Shown here: positions 39,671 to 48,721 of the stretch, one piece after another
How the letters are laid out: each line of letters begins with the position of its first letter
Position numbering within the stretch: position 1 is the first letter of the stretch
IMG/VR virus record: IMGVR_UViG_3300020159_000786
Location: 6,984-70,983 of that record
DNA length: 64,000 nucleotides
Direction: 5' to 3' (one strand)
Origin: a virus
Made by a program: the position numbers and the translations under genes
Notes under the pieces: model-generated
Told to the model about the DNA's origin: nothing
Seen by the model: the letters and a program-made list of their open reading frames with translations, nothing else
Databases searched by the model: none

Positions 39671-42600
39671 TTATGTTGCCGATACAACATATTGTTGCCA
39701 AGATGATCCAGTATATACATTAACCTCATTAGAACCTACCGTAAATGATTTTTCTCCCTCGTTTCCAACAATTATTTTATTTGTTCCCATATAGGTTTTA
39801 TAAATGTCGGATGGAGTTGTTCCATAATCATAACTACTATTTCTTACTAAAACCCCATACCATAGATAAGAGGAATCCCAATATTGCCAATCAAAAGATA
39901 CTGGAGTTGGACTTCCTATAACGTATTGTTGCTTTACGTTGTCCCAAACTCTAGTAGAAAAGGACTGTCTTTGTTTTAAAGATGAAATCTTATAATAAGA
40001 TATATTATTAAAAGTTAATCCATTTTTTAAATTAATAGATCCAGAAAATGAATTAAATTTTAATGGATTTGCAAACGACAAACTTATAAAGTTCCAATAT
40101 TTTTTAGTAATAATTGGATTTGATACCAAAATACCATTTAAATAATAAGATATACCGTTTTCTAATTTTCCAGTTTTTGAATTTACTGCATATATTTTTG
40201 CACGATCTGCATTAGGACTATTAGCAATCATGTAAAAATTTATATTATAATTTTCTAAAACTATCTCAAAAATTGGAGTTGGAGTTGGATTAAAAAAATC
40301 CTCATCATATCTTACTGCCAACTGAACATTGTTTATTAAATAATTAGATGTTTTATTTTCATTTATTATTATCCCAATCCCTCTATCAACAAATGGGTCT
40401 ATAGACCCCCTTAAAGATATTCCACTATATCTAGATAAAAATAAATATGGAGTACTTTTTTTATAAACGCTTATGGGATTTTTACTTTTATAATTATAAT
40501 ACAAACCATTTTTTACATATGGATACAATTTTGTTCCAGATCTTGTACCAATTACACTTGGACTATTTTCATCAAAAGATTGAGATGACAACTCTAAAGA
40601 CTTTAATTTTAATTCTTTTTCAATAATTCCAGGATGGGTAAACTTTAATGCAACAACAATTGCCAAGTCATTAAAGTCAACATTTGAAGGTGGATAAATA
40701 ATACTATCGTTAACTACTTCAAATAAAGTATTTTGCCAATCTTCATAATTGTCTATATTAATTAATCCATTTTTAAGTGCTGGAGCAATATTAGTAAAAG
40801 AGTTGATGTCTTTGTTTAAACCGTCTTTTATAAACTGAAAGGAAATATATGCTTTAACTATTGACTCTCTTGTATCATATTCATACTGAAGACTTGATCT
40901 ATTATATGATAAATCATCATAACTTTTATATCCAGTATATACAGAATTATCAAGATATTCATAAGTTCTAGCAATGGGAACTGAAAAAAAATCATTTAAA
41001 TCTCCATATGTCCAATTTTCTACTTCTGTACTTGATTGAAATTTAGACGGAGATGGATAATCTAGATTAAATTGAAGATAATCCAAATCATATTTTTTTT
41101 CATTAGAATAATTTGTTGTATATTTAGCAAAATATTTTAATGGAACGTAGTCTTCCCAATACCCCTCAACACCTATGTCTAAATAATATCTGTCATAATT
41201 TATTTTTGGCAAAAAAGTATAACTGGCTATGTGATTAATTAACTCGTTTCCTAATTTTACTATGCCATTATCATTAAAATGAATAGCAATTTTTTCAAAA
41301 CCAAGTTTAGTAGAAAATCCAAAACTATAAACTTTTCCTGAATAACATGAATTTAAACTATCATCATTAAGTAACATTATTTCAAGAGAACTTGTATTTC
41401 CAAAAAATGCAGCAACGTTTTTTCCAAAACTAAGAATAAGTCTATCTATATTTATTCCTATCTGAAATTTTTCATAAGAATATTCTTCTTCATGCAATAT
41501 TGTTTCTAAACCATTCAACATAATTTTATAATATACTGATGATCCATTTAATGTTATAGAAAAGTAATCAGAGTTTATTTTATTTTTTATTAACAATAAG
41601 GTTTCAGTAGTATTTGAAAACTCATTCACTTCAAATACTCCGTATATGCAACTTATTTTATCTATTAAAACATTATATGAACTATATTTTAATATACCAT
41701 TAAAATCTGTGTCTGGTTTTAATGTAAAAAACAAAGTATCTTCATTTTGTATGTTTTTGCATTCAGAGTATAACTGATCTGTAGTTCCGTTGTCTAAAAA
41801 TATTTCTGGTAAAATATATTCTGGAGTGTGCAAAGATGATCTATCTCCAACCAAGTTATCTATTTTTGCTTGACCCCAACTTCCTATATTTGGATACGAA
41901 TAATTAACTGCATAATTAGAAAAAGTATAGTCCATTTGTGCAGAAGTTCCATTGTAAGAACTATCTATACTTTCTACAGATGAAACTGCTTGACCATATA
42001 CCCATCTTTTTTTAGCAACAACCTCTGGAACAACATATGGATAAATAGCAATACAGTCTAACTCTATAGGTAAGACATCTTCATAACAATAAAACCCTAA
42101 CCAGTCTTGATTTTTATTTGTTTCTGAATATTCTTTTGGTAAGTTAAGCAAAGAACCATCAAATGAAATTGTAAAAACATTTTCTCCATTTATGATTAAT
42201 GCTATTTGATTAATCGAATAAGTAATTTGAATTAACATTGGCTTTGACCACTCATTAATATATGCAGACTTAAAATTATTTCCAACAACTAAAGTTAAAA
42301 AAGAATCTTCAACATACAAACCATCACTAGAAGATATTGGTCCAAATATTTTTTTATTTTCTTTTGAAAAATTGGTAATTTTTGCCCACATCTCAAAAGT
42401 ATAATCTTGATATTTACCAACTTCATTTAAAAATCCAAGACCTGGAATAATTAATGATGGCTTTACGCTATTGTCTATATTTTTATTAGGATATAAGTGT
42501 GTTGTGTTGTATGCACCATATACTAAAGGTACTCCAAAATTTTTTGCTGTTAAAAAATTATTATTAGATAAATAATATCCAACATTAGTATTTGAACCAT

Positions 42601-43273
42601 AACTTTTTGCTTCAATGCCATAAGAAGACTCTAATGCTATTGAAGATGAAACATTTGAAAGTTCTAATCCAAGTGATTGTGAATTAAACTCTTCTGACCA
42701 TTGGCCAATGCTTAATCCATTAATAAAAAATTGATATTGATCTTGAAGTTCTAAACTAGGAGAATATCCAATTTTTATAACAACCCTAATATTTGTACTT
42801 TGTTGAATAATTGGAAATGTTTCTGATAAAAACATCCATTTTTCATTTACAGTAATTGGTACATTTTTTAAATTTTGAATTATTGTGCTACTGTTGACAT
42901 CTGTATATTCATAACCAATAGAAATAGAGTTTAAGTATAAACTTTCAGAATAAAAGTAACACCCTATGGAAAAAGAATCATAGTCTTGATTAAGTGAGTC
43001 AAAATTAAATAAATTATTGCTTATTAAAGTAGCAGTTTTACTTTCTGTTTCTGAAGGAATACCTTGAATAACATATCTGGCATTATCTATAAATGGTTGA
43101 TCAGATACCGTAGAAGATATAGATGCTGTACATTCTGATAAATCCCATAAAGATATATTTCTATCTACATCATTTATAAGGCTGATATAGTCTGAGTTAT
43201 CGTCTAAAGCCCAAAGAGCAGTTGGATGTTCAGAAAATATTTTTTCAGCATATAGATTGGATGGGTTATACAT
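39671..43273 (-). CDS. Large virion structural protein with LamG/concanavalin-like domains
   Basis: SEHPTALWALDD start and YTFEMW...LIING...LDCIAIY LamG pattern; 1200 aa. Confidence 0.65.
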   Translation of the reverse strand: MYNPSNLYAEKIFSEHPTALWALDDNSDYISLINDVDRNISLWDLSECTASISSTVSDQPFIDNARYVIQGIPSETESKTATLISNNLFNFDSLNQDYDSFSIGCYFYSESLYLNSISIGYEYTDVNSSTIIQNLKNVPITVNEKWMFLSETFPIIQQSTNIRVVIKIGYSPSLELQDQYQFFINGLSIGQWSEEFNSQSLGLELSNVSSSIALESSYGIEAKSYGSNTNVGYYLSNNNFLTAKNFGVPLVYGAYNTTHLYPNKNIDNSVKPSLIIPGLGFLNEVGKYQDYTFEMWAKITNFSKENKKIFGPISSSDGLYVEDSFLTLVVGNNFKSAYINEWSKPMLIQITYSINQIALIINGENVFTISFDGSLLNLPKEYSETNKNQDWLGFYCYEDVLPIELDCIAIYPYVVPEVVAKKRWVYGQAVSSVESIDSSYNGTSAQMDYTFSNYAVNYSYPNIGSWGQAKIDNLVGDRSSLHTPEYILPEIFLDNGTTDQLYSECKNIQNEDTLFFTLKPDTDFNGILKYSSYNVLIDKISCIYGVFEVNEFSNTTETLLLIKNKINSDYFSITLNGSSVYYKIMLNGLETILHEEEYSYEKFQIGINIDRLILSFGKNVAAFFGNTSSLEIMLLNDDSLNSCYSGKVYSFGFSTKLGFEKIAIHFNDNGIVKLGNELINHIASYTFLPKINYDRYYLDIGVEGYWEDYVPLKYFAKYTTNYSNEKKYDLDYLQFNLDYPSPSKFQSSTEVENWTYGDLNDFFSVPIARTYEYLDNSVYTGYKSYDDLSYNRSSLQYEYDTRESIVKAYISFQFIKDGLNKDINSFTNIAPALKNGLINIDNYEDWQNTLFEVVNDSIIYPPSNVDFNDLAIVVALKFTHPGIIEKELKLKSLELSSQSFDENSPSVIGTRSGTKLYPYVKNGLYYNYKSKNPISVYKKSTPYLFLSRYSGISLRGSIDPFVDRGIGIIINENKTSNYLINNVQLAVRYDEDFFNPTPTPIFEIVLENYNINFYMIANSPNADRAKIYAVNSKTGKLENGISYYLNGILVSNPIITKKYWNFISLSFANPLKFNSFSGSINLKNGLTFNNISYYKISSLKQRQSFSTRVWDNVKQQYVIGSPTPVSFDWQYWDSSYLWYGVLVRNSSYDYGTTPSDIYKTYMGTNKIIVGNEGEKSFTVGSNEVNVYTGSSWQQYVVSAT

Positions 43274-43293
43274 TGTTCTCCTAATCTATTTTA

Positions 43294-43824
43294 TCATAAA
43301 ATACGTGTAAACCAGCGTGGTAACGTAAACCTAACACCCTTTGATATTTGCTTAACTCCGTGAATAAAGTTTGGATTATCTGGAAAACATAAAAGGTCTC
43401 CAGGATTTGGCTTAAAGGACATGTTGTATTCTGGAAAATATATGTCTCCACCCTCATATTCATTATTTAAATAAACTAGTGTTGCTATGTCTTTTGGTCT
43501 AGATGAATCAAAGTGTTCGTGCATTCCTGCACCTTCAACAAATTTAGCAATATGTGTTTTTTCATCAATAAACGGTTCAAAACTATATTCATAGTTATTT
43601 ATAACAAAATCATATACTTTATGTGCAGTATTTTGTATAACATTAAGAATGTTTTCATCTAAACCACCTATTTCGTGGTATGTATGAACTGTAAATTCTT
43701 GTTCATTGTTTCCATAATTAGAAAACAATTCAGAGTGTTTTTTGGCATATTGAGTTATTAATTCTGCTTCACTGGGATCCATAAATCCCTCAACATACTT
43801 AATTTGAGACTTAAAGTCTTCCAT
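43294..43824 (-). CDS. Prolyl-4-hydroxylase-like 2OG-Fe(II) oxygenase
   Basis: HEHFD...IATLVYLNNEYEGGDIYF...HGVKQISKGVRFT. Confidence 0.88.
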   Translation of the reverse strand: MEDFKSQIKYVEGFMDPSEAELITQYAKKHSELFSNYGNNEQEFTVHTYHEIGGLDENILNVIQNTAHKVYDFVINNYEYSFEPFIDEKTHIAKFVEGAGMHEHFDSSRPKDIATLVYLNNEYEGGDIYFPEYNMSFKPNPGDLLCFPDNPNFIHGVKQISKGVRFTLPRWFTRIL

Positions 43825-43825
43825 A

Positions 43826-45856
43826 TTAACCTATCTTTATTTCACAAACATCAGTGGTGCAGTATGACTCACCTTGTGCTTCTAGATTTTTTACTCCATC
43901 ATAGATAGCATCCCAGTTAATCTTACCAATCTTTCCTACATAACTATTATACTCTTCTTCAGTAATTTCTGTATATGGTTGTTGTGGATATACCGTGTTT
44001 CCCATAGGCAAAAATGATACTGCCTTCAATTGTCCCTCATACATGTGTAATGCTGGAGCAACATATTTAGACTCTGTTTCTTTGTCAAAAGACAACGTTA
44101 CTGATACGCCATTGTCTGACCAATATTTTTGAGCAGTTGCTGCAAGAGCAATTTTTTCAAAAAGTGAAACATCTTTTTCAGCCCTTTGGTGCTCAGAAGC
44201 AATTGGAAAATAAACAACCTTTGTATTTGCAGAAACAACGTCATCTTCTATCTTATATCCAGCAGCCTTAAATAAATGAACCATAGGATCATTTTCACCA
44301 AATCTAATTGCTCTTATAAAGAATCTTCCACCTGGACCCCAATGAACTCCTGGAGTTGCTCCAGAAAGAATACTTACGCTACCAGAAGGTTTCACTGTTG
44401 TAACTCTGATTGATTCGCGAACACAAAGCCATTCTGAATATTGATGATCATATTTTTTAATATTTAAATATCCTTCATCCATCCATTCACGAACTGTTGG
44501 CAAACCGTGTTTATCTGAAAAAGAAGCAATTCCAGTTAAAGAAGTTCCGATTCTTCTGTTTCTTTGCATGATACCATTTGTTTGTTGCCAATGAGTTGGA
44601 ACTAGTGTAACTGTTTTTCCATATAAGTATGCAAACTTTAATGTTCTTAAAAAGTCTTCTTTATCTTCATGTCTATTTAAATGAACTTCAACCAGTGTAC
44701 ACAATTCATAAGACTCTAATGGTTGTTCTGCACATGGATTAAATCCCATAACTCTATAATCTTTGTTATCTGCTGGATCTTTTAATCTGCCGTAGTTTCT
44801 GGCAACATCTAACCATATAAAACCTGGCTCTCCGTTATTTACAATTAAATCTACATAGTCTTCGTACTTGGTTCCAACAGTTGCAGAAATAGAGTTATTA
44901 GACATCCAAGCCCAACCTGGATTATCTGAATCAAATGAATTTCTTTCTGGAAAAACCTCTGGATTTTTTAAATTAATAAAGTCTTTGTCTTCGGCAGAAC
45001 CTAATGCTAGTGTTGCTGATCTACGAACATTTCCTGCAACGACACAAGTTCCAATTAAGTTAATAACATCTACTATTGCTCTAGAATCAAGTTTCTCTCC
45101 TGTTCTATTGCCTATAACGTTATCAATTTGATTATGTAATTTTATTAATGGATCTGGTCCTGATGCTGTACCGCCAAAACCTTTAATGGGGGCACCAAAT
45201 GGTCTTATTAAATCATAATTAAATTTTTGTTTTGATTGGCCTTGTCTGAGATATGAGTTTAACAATAATCTAACAGACTCTACCCATCCCTCTCTAGTAT
45301 CTGGAATTTCATAAACCGATTCAACTTCTGATGGTGTGTATATAGAAAATTCTTTGTCTTGTCCAACGGTATCAAAACCAACTCCAATACCTAGCATAAG
45401 GGCGTCCATAACCCACGCAAACAGGGCTCCTGGATCGTTTCTATCTAGATCCTTGGTAGATACCATGGCACAGTTTTGAAGGGCTGCAGAGTTCCTTTTT
45501 TCCATTGTCATAGGGGTTCCAAATGCCCACATGCCACGACCTGGTGGTGTCCATTTAAGATTAAACATACGGTCAAATGCTTCTTGAGCAGACTTTTGAG
45601 CCTTATAGTCATTCCATGGCAATCTGTTTTCTTTTGCATGATTTTTTTGCACTGAATACATACCTTCAATTACACGCTTACAAACTTCGTACCATCTTTC
45701 TTTAGTACCATCTTCTTTAACACGAGAATATGTTCTTATAAAAGTAATCTCACCTAGTGAGTTGTTTCCAGCATCGTTAAATCCAAATGGACTATCCATG
45801 GTTGTATACTTTGCTACAAAATCCTCTGGAAGTTTAAAACTAAAAAAGTCTGACAT
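43826..45856 (-). CDS. nrdJ: Class II adenosylcobalamin-dependent ribonucleotide reductase (monomeric RTPR type)
   Basis: RTYSR, PPGRG, NCA, GNVRRSA, NPCAEQ, TTVKPSG and C-terminal YCTTDVC. Confidence 0.93.
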   Translation of the reverse strand: MSDFFSFKLPEDFVAKYTTMDSPFGFNDAGNNSLGEITFIRTYSRVKEDGTKERWYEVCKRVIEGMYSVQKNHAKENRLPWNDYKAQKSAQEAFDRMFNLKWTPPGRGMWAFGTPMTMEKRNSAALQNCAMVSTKDLDRNDPGALFAWVMDALMLGIGVGFDTVGQDKEFSIYTPSEVESVYEIPDTREGWVESVRLLLNSYLRQGQSKQKFNYDLIRPFGAPIKGFGGTASGPDPLIKLHNQIDNVIGNRTGEKLDSRAIVDVINLIGTCVVAGNVRRSATLALGSAEDKDFINLKNPEVFPERNSFDSDNPGWAWMSNNSISATVGTKYEDYVDLIVNNGEPGFIWLDVARNYGRLKDPADNKDYRVMGFNPCAEQPLESYELCTLVEVHLNRHEDKEDFLRTLKFAYLYGKTVTLVPTHWQQTNGIMQRNRRIGTSLTGIASFSDKHGLPTVREWMDEGYLNIKKYDHQYSEWLCVRESIRVTTVKPSGSVSILSGATPGVHWGPGGRFFIRAIRFGENDPMVHLFKAAGYKIEDDVVSANTKVVYFPIASEHQRAEKDVSLFEKIALAATAQKYWSDNGVSVTLSFDKETESKYVAPALHMYEGQLKAVSFLPMGNTVYPQQPYTEITEEEYNSYVGKIGKINWDAIYDGVKNLEAQGESYCTTDVCEIKIG

Positions 45857-45946
45857 TGATTTTCTCCTATTAAATGAAATTGAATAAGTACTAAGTATAA
45901 CAGAGTTTTTTAATTTTAAAAACTCTCCCCATGTTTAACTTGTGCG

Positions 45947-46075
45947 TTAGTGAAATGACATTGCTGTATGTGGTTTTGAACTACAACGTTCACATAATGT
46001 ATATGTATTTTTAGTATAAGGACATGTAATTGAATTTATTTTATGTCCAAAAATAAAACAAAGTATTTTACTCAA
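45947..46075 (-). CDS. Small Cys/His protein (DUF1660-like, 42 aa, TTG start)
   Basis: Manual translation SKILCFIFGHK...CPY...CERC; TTGA overlap with the upstream stop. Confidence 0.55.
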   Translation of the reverse strand: MSKILCFIFGHKINSITCPYTKNTYTLCERCSSKPHTAMSFH

Positions 46076-46716
46076 GGTAATGGAACCCAATGCTGTAATT
46101 CATCTCCATCCATATACATCATTGGAGATATGTCATAAGCAATTGTTATTCTTGGTTTATCAAATAACCAAGGACCTATTCCATGAGGATGACCAGTTTC
46201 AGACAAAATAGCCCTATTGTTTTTATTAATGTTTTCAATTACAGGCTTGTCTTGCCCACCTATTTTGTAATATGTAACCGATGGCTCAGCATCTACACAG
46301 TAGTATCCGTGAAAATTAGGAGCACCAGTTCCTCCTAAGTGATCATGATAATGACTTGATTCATCTACTGGTGGTTCAGCAATACCGTCGGTATTAAACC
46401 ATCCTTGTACCATATAGGCTTGTTTTTTATAGTCAATACCATAATAAACACATGCTTCCACAGTCATATCTCTTAATGCTGAAAATAATTTGTGAATTTG
46501 TGGATTATAGCATTGAAAAATATTAAACTTAGTTCCTAGGTTGTGCGTACCACCAATATTACTTGCAAACTCTTTAGAAACTTTTGGATAAATTCCGTTA
46601 AATAAATCTTTTTCTACATTTAATAAATATTGAGAAAGAGTATTTAGTTCATTGTTTAAATATTTTTCAAAAAACTTATGTGGTTGACTATTATTTTTCA
46701 CAACAGAGGAATCCAA
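46072..46716 (-). CDS. Putative 2OG-Fe(II)/cupin oxygenase (HxH type)
   Basis: QGWFN...HYHDH...FHGYYCV...GHPHG...PRITIAYD. Confidence 0.7.
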   Translation of the reverse strand: MDSSVVKNNSQPHKFFEKYLNNELNTLSQYLLNVEKDLFNGIYPKVSKEFASNIGGTHNLGTKFNIFQCYNPQIHKLFSALRDMTVEACVYYGIDYKKQAYMVQGWFNTDGIAEPPVDESSHYHDHLGGTGAPNFHGYYCVDAEPSVTYYKIGGQDKPVIENINKNNRAILSETGHPHGIGPWLFDKPRITIAYDISPMMYMDGDELQHWVPLP

Positions 46717-47360
46717 TGTTGTTCATTTTCCATTCCAAGTTGTTGTAAATCTCTTAGTGGAACAACATCGTAAGCAACAGTTATTCTTGGACCATCCCAA
46801 CTCCAATCTCCTTGTGCATGTGGATGTCCCATTTCTGAAAATATAGCACGATTATCTATATTTTTATTTATAATATCTTTACCAAAAACTTTATAATATG
46901 TTGTTGATGGTTCTGCTTTTACGCAATAATATCCATGAAAATGTGGTGCTCCTGAATGACCATGATCATGCCAATTAAGTTTTCCTTTTTTATTATAGTT
47001 AATATTAAACCATCCCTGAACCATAAATTTTTCTTTATCAAAATCTAACTCATAGTATTCGCAGGCCTCTTTAGCCATTTCGCTTATTGATTTATACAAA
47101 TTAAACAATCCAACACTATGAAATTGAAATACGTTATATTCTCTCCATTTAACTGTAGAAACACTTCCAGACTCGGTCCAAAAATCATCTTTTGTTACTG
47201 GAGTTATACCCTCTAGTTCTACTTGTTCAATTTTTTTATATCTTTCTGACAACTCTTGAGATAAAATATCAAGATCATTATTTAAAAATCTTTCAAAAAA
47301 TTTATGTGGCTTTAATGAACTCTTAATCCCAGGAATTTCTGGTGGTAAACTATTTTGCAT
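46698..47360 (-). CDS. Putative 2OG-Fe(II)/cupin oxygenase (HxH type), tandem paralog
   Basis: QGWFN...NWHDH...FHGYYCV...GHPHA...PRITVAYD; shares PHKFFE and QHW.PL with its neighbour. Confidence 0.7.
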   Translation of the reverse strand: MQNSLPPEIPGIKSSLKPHKFFERFLNNDLDILSQELSERYKKIEQVELEGITPVTKDDFWTESGSVSTVKWREYNVFQFHSVGLFNLYKSISEMAKEACEYYELDFDKEKFMVQGWFNINYNKKGKLNWHDHGHSGAPHFHGYYCVKAEPSTTYYKVFGKDIINKNIDNRAIFSEMGHPHAQGDWSWDGPRITVAYDVVPLRDLQQLGMENEQHWIPLL

Positions 47361-47382
47361 TTTATTCCTATCTGTTTAAATA

Positions 47383-47412
47383 AATTATATCACATAGAAT
47401 TATATCACATAG
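47383..47412 (-). promoter_or_regulatory. Tandemly duplicated extended -10 promoter (15 bp x2)
   Basis: CTATGTGATATAATT twice on the minus strand, upstream of the oxygenase pair. Confidence 0.65.
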
Positions 47413-47415
47413 ATT

Positions 47416-48690
47416 TTAAAGATATTCTGGATAATATTCTGGATGTGTTGTTATACCAGATGCGTTTATAAATCCTATATCTTTAAATTTATAACTATAT
47501 ACTGTTCTATCTTCTTCTATAATCTCAAAACTTTCTAATAAATATCTAAATTCTAGCCCATTAATATTTGTAACTAAATAATCTCCAACTATGAGTTTTG
47601 TTGATGTACAAAATAAATATTCTTTATTTCTATATATTAAAATTTCTTCTGAATCTGATATTCTTTTATTTATATCTTTATTAATTATGACAGTTCTTTT
47701 AACTGGTGTTATAATAATATCTTCTATCCTAGATTCTATTATTTTAAAATTATTTAAATCTTTAACTTTCCATTCTTTTAATTTTTCTACAGTATCCACA
47801 ATTGGTTTATTATCAAATGTTTGCAACAACAAACTATCTTCAATCCTAATATCTTGTGCTTTTTTCCAACCAGAAACTGTAAGAATTAAAGTATCTTGGT
47901 CTATGCATCTGATTGTTGGAGAAAAACCAAATACTCTAAATGGAGAAAAACCAAATACTTTAAATGGTGTAAATGAAAATGGAGAAAAACCAAATACTTT
48001 AAAAGGTGTAAAACTAAATACTGAAAAAGGTACAAAACTAAATACTTCAAAAGGAGAGAATCCAAAAACTCCAAATGGAGCAAAAGAAAATGTTGTGGTT
48101 ATAGTATTAGAATAATCAGAAAAAACAGAGTTTCCATTTGCATTTGTAGCATACACCCTATATGCTTGAGAGGTTCCTGCTTCTTGTCCTAATGATGCAC
48201 TTGTTGAAGTTCCAGAATTACCCGCTTTACTATCATTTGATTCCCAATAATAATTCGTAATTACTGATCCACCATTTGCAGGTGCTGACCAACTAATTTG
48301 GTCTTCATTTGCGTTTGGAGAAGATGCAGTTGGCGTGCCAGGTTTGTCTGGAACTGTTGTTGAAGTAATAGAATTAGATGCTGTTGATGCTGCTGATGTT
48401 CCATAGGTATTAGTTGCAGTTACTGTAAAGGTATATGTGGTATCTGATTGTAGACCTGTAACTGTAATTGGAGATGATGCTCCAGTTGCTGTAAAACTAC
48501 CTGGAGTTGATGTAACTGTAAAAGAATCTGCTGCATAGGTAGGATCTGCTGTAAATGTTACTGTGGCTGCACCATTGTTATATGCCCGCCCTGTTCCAAC
48601 GTTTGTTGCTGTACCAATTGTTGGTGCTTTTGGTGCTAAAAAGTCATTAGCCTGTTGTGACTTTCTTCCTGCCTTTTTTCCTGCTGCCAT
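47416..48690 (-). CDS. FN3-domain protein with Phe-rich repeats and a C-terminal Hint domain
   Basis: Two FN3 repeats (TGLQSDTTYTFTVTATN; WSAPANGGSVITNY), then F-x-V-F-[GS]-F-x-P repeats, then CIDQDT...WKKAQDIRIED...LIVGD...TVY...SGITTH. Confidence 0.85.
   Translation of the reverse strand: MAAGKKAGRKSQQANDFLAPKAPTIGTATNVGTGRAYNNGAATVTFTADPTYAADSFTVTSTPGSFTATGASSPITVTGLQSDTTYTFTVTATNTYGTSAASTASNSITSTTVPDKPGTPTASSPNANEDQISWSAPANGGSVITNYYWESNDSKAGNSGTSTSASLGQEAGTSQAYRVYATNANGNSVFSDYSNTITTTFSFAPFGVFGFSPFEVFSFVPFSVFSFTPFKVFGFSPFSFTPFKVFGFSPFRVFGFSPTIRCIDQDTLILTVSGWKKAQDIRIEDSLLLQTFDNKPIVDTVEKLKEWKVKDLNNFKIIESRIEDIIITPVKRTVIINKDINKRISDSEEILIYRNKEYLFCTSTKLIVGDYLVTNINGLEFRYLLESFEIIEEDRTVYSYKFKDIGFINASGITTHPEYYPEYL
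47917..48090 (-). repeat. Coding 24-bp (and 15-bp) tandem repeat, 58 aa
   Basis: FSFAP/FGVFGFSP/FEVFSFVP/FSVFSFTP/FKVFGFSP/FSFTP/FKVFGFSP/FRVFGFSP. Confidence 0.95.
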
Positions 48691-48721
48691 TTTTCTCCCT
48701 AAACCTTATTATATCAAACAC

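Noticed and set aside
47416-47907. Hint domains as mobile inteins
   Set aside because: They sit at the protein C-terminus, with no homing endonuclease and no +1 Cys/Ser/Thr; one lacks the terminal Asn.
47901-48083. Alternative-frame ORFs with LHLxxYLV repeats (also 56736..56945)
   Set aside because: Frame-shifted shadows of the coding repeat, with no RBS or promoter.
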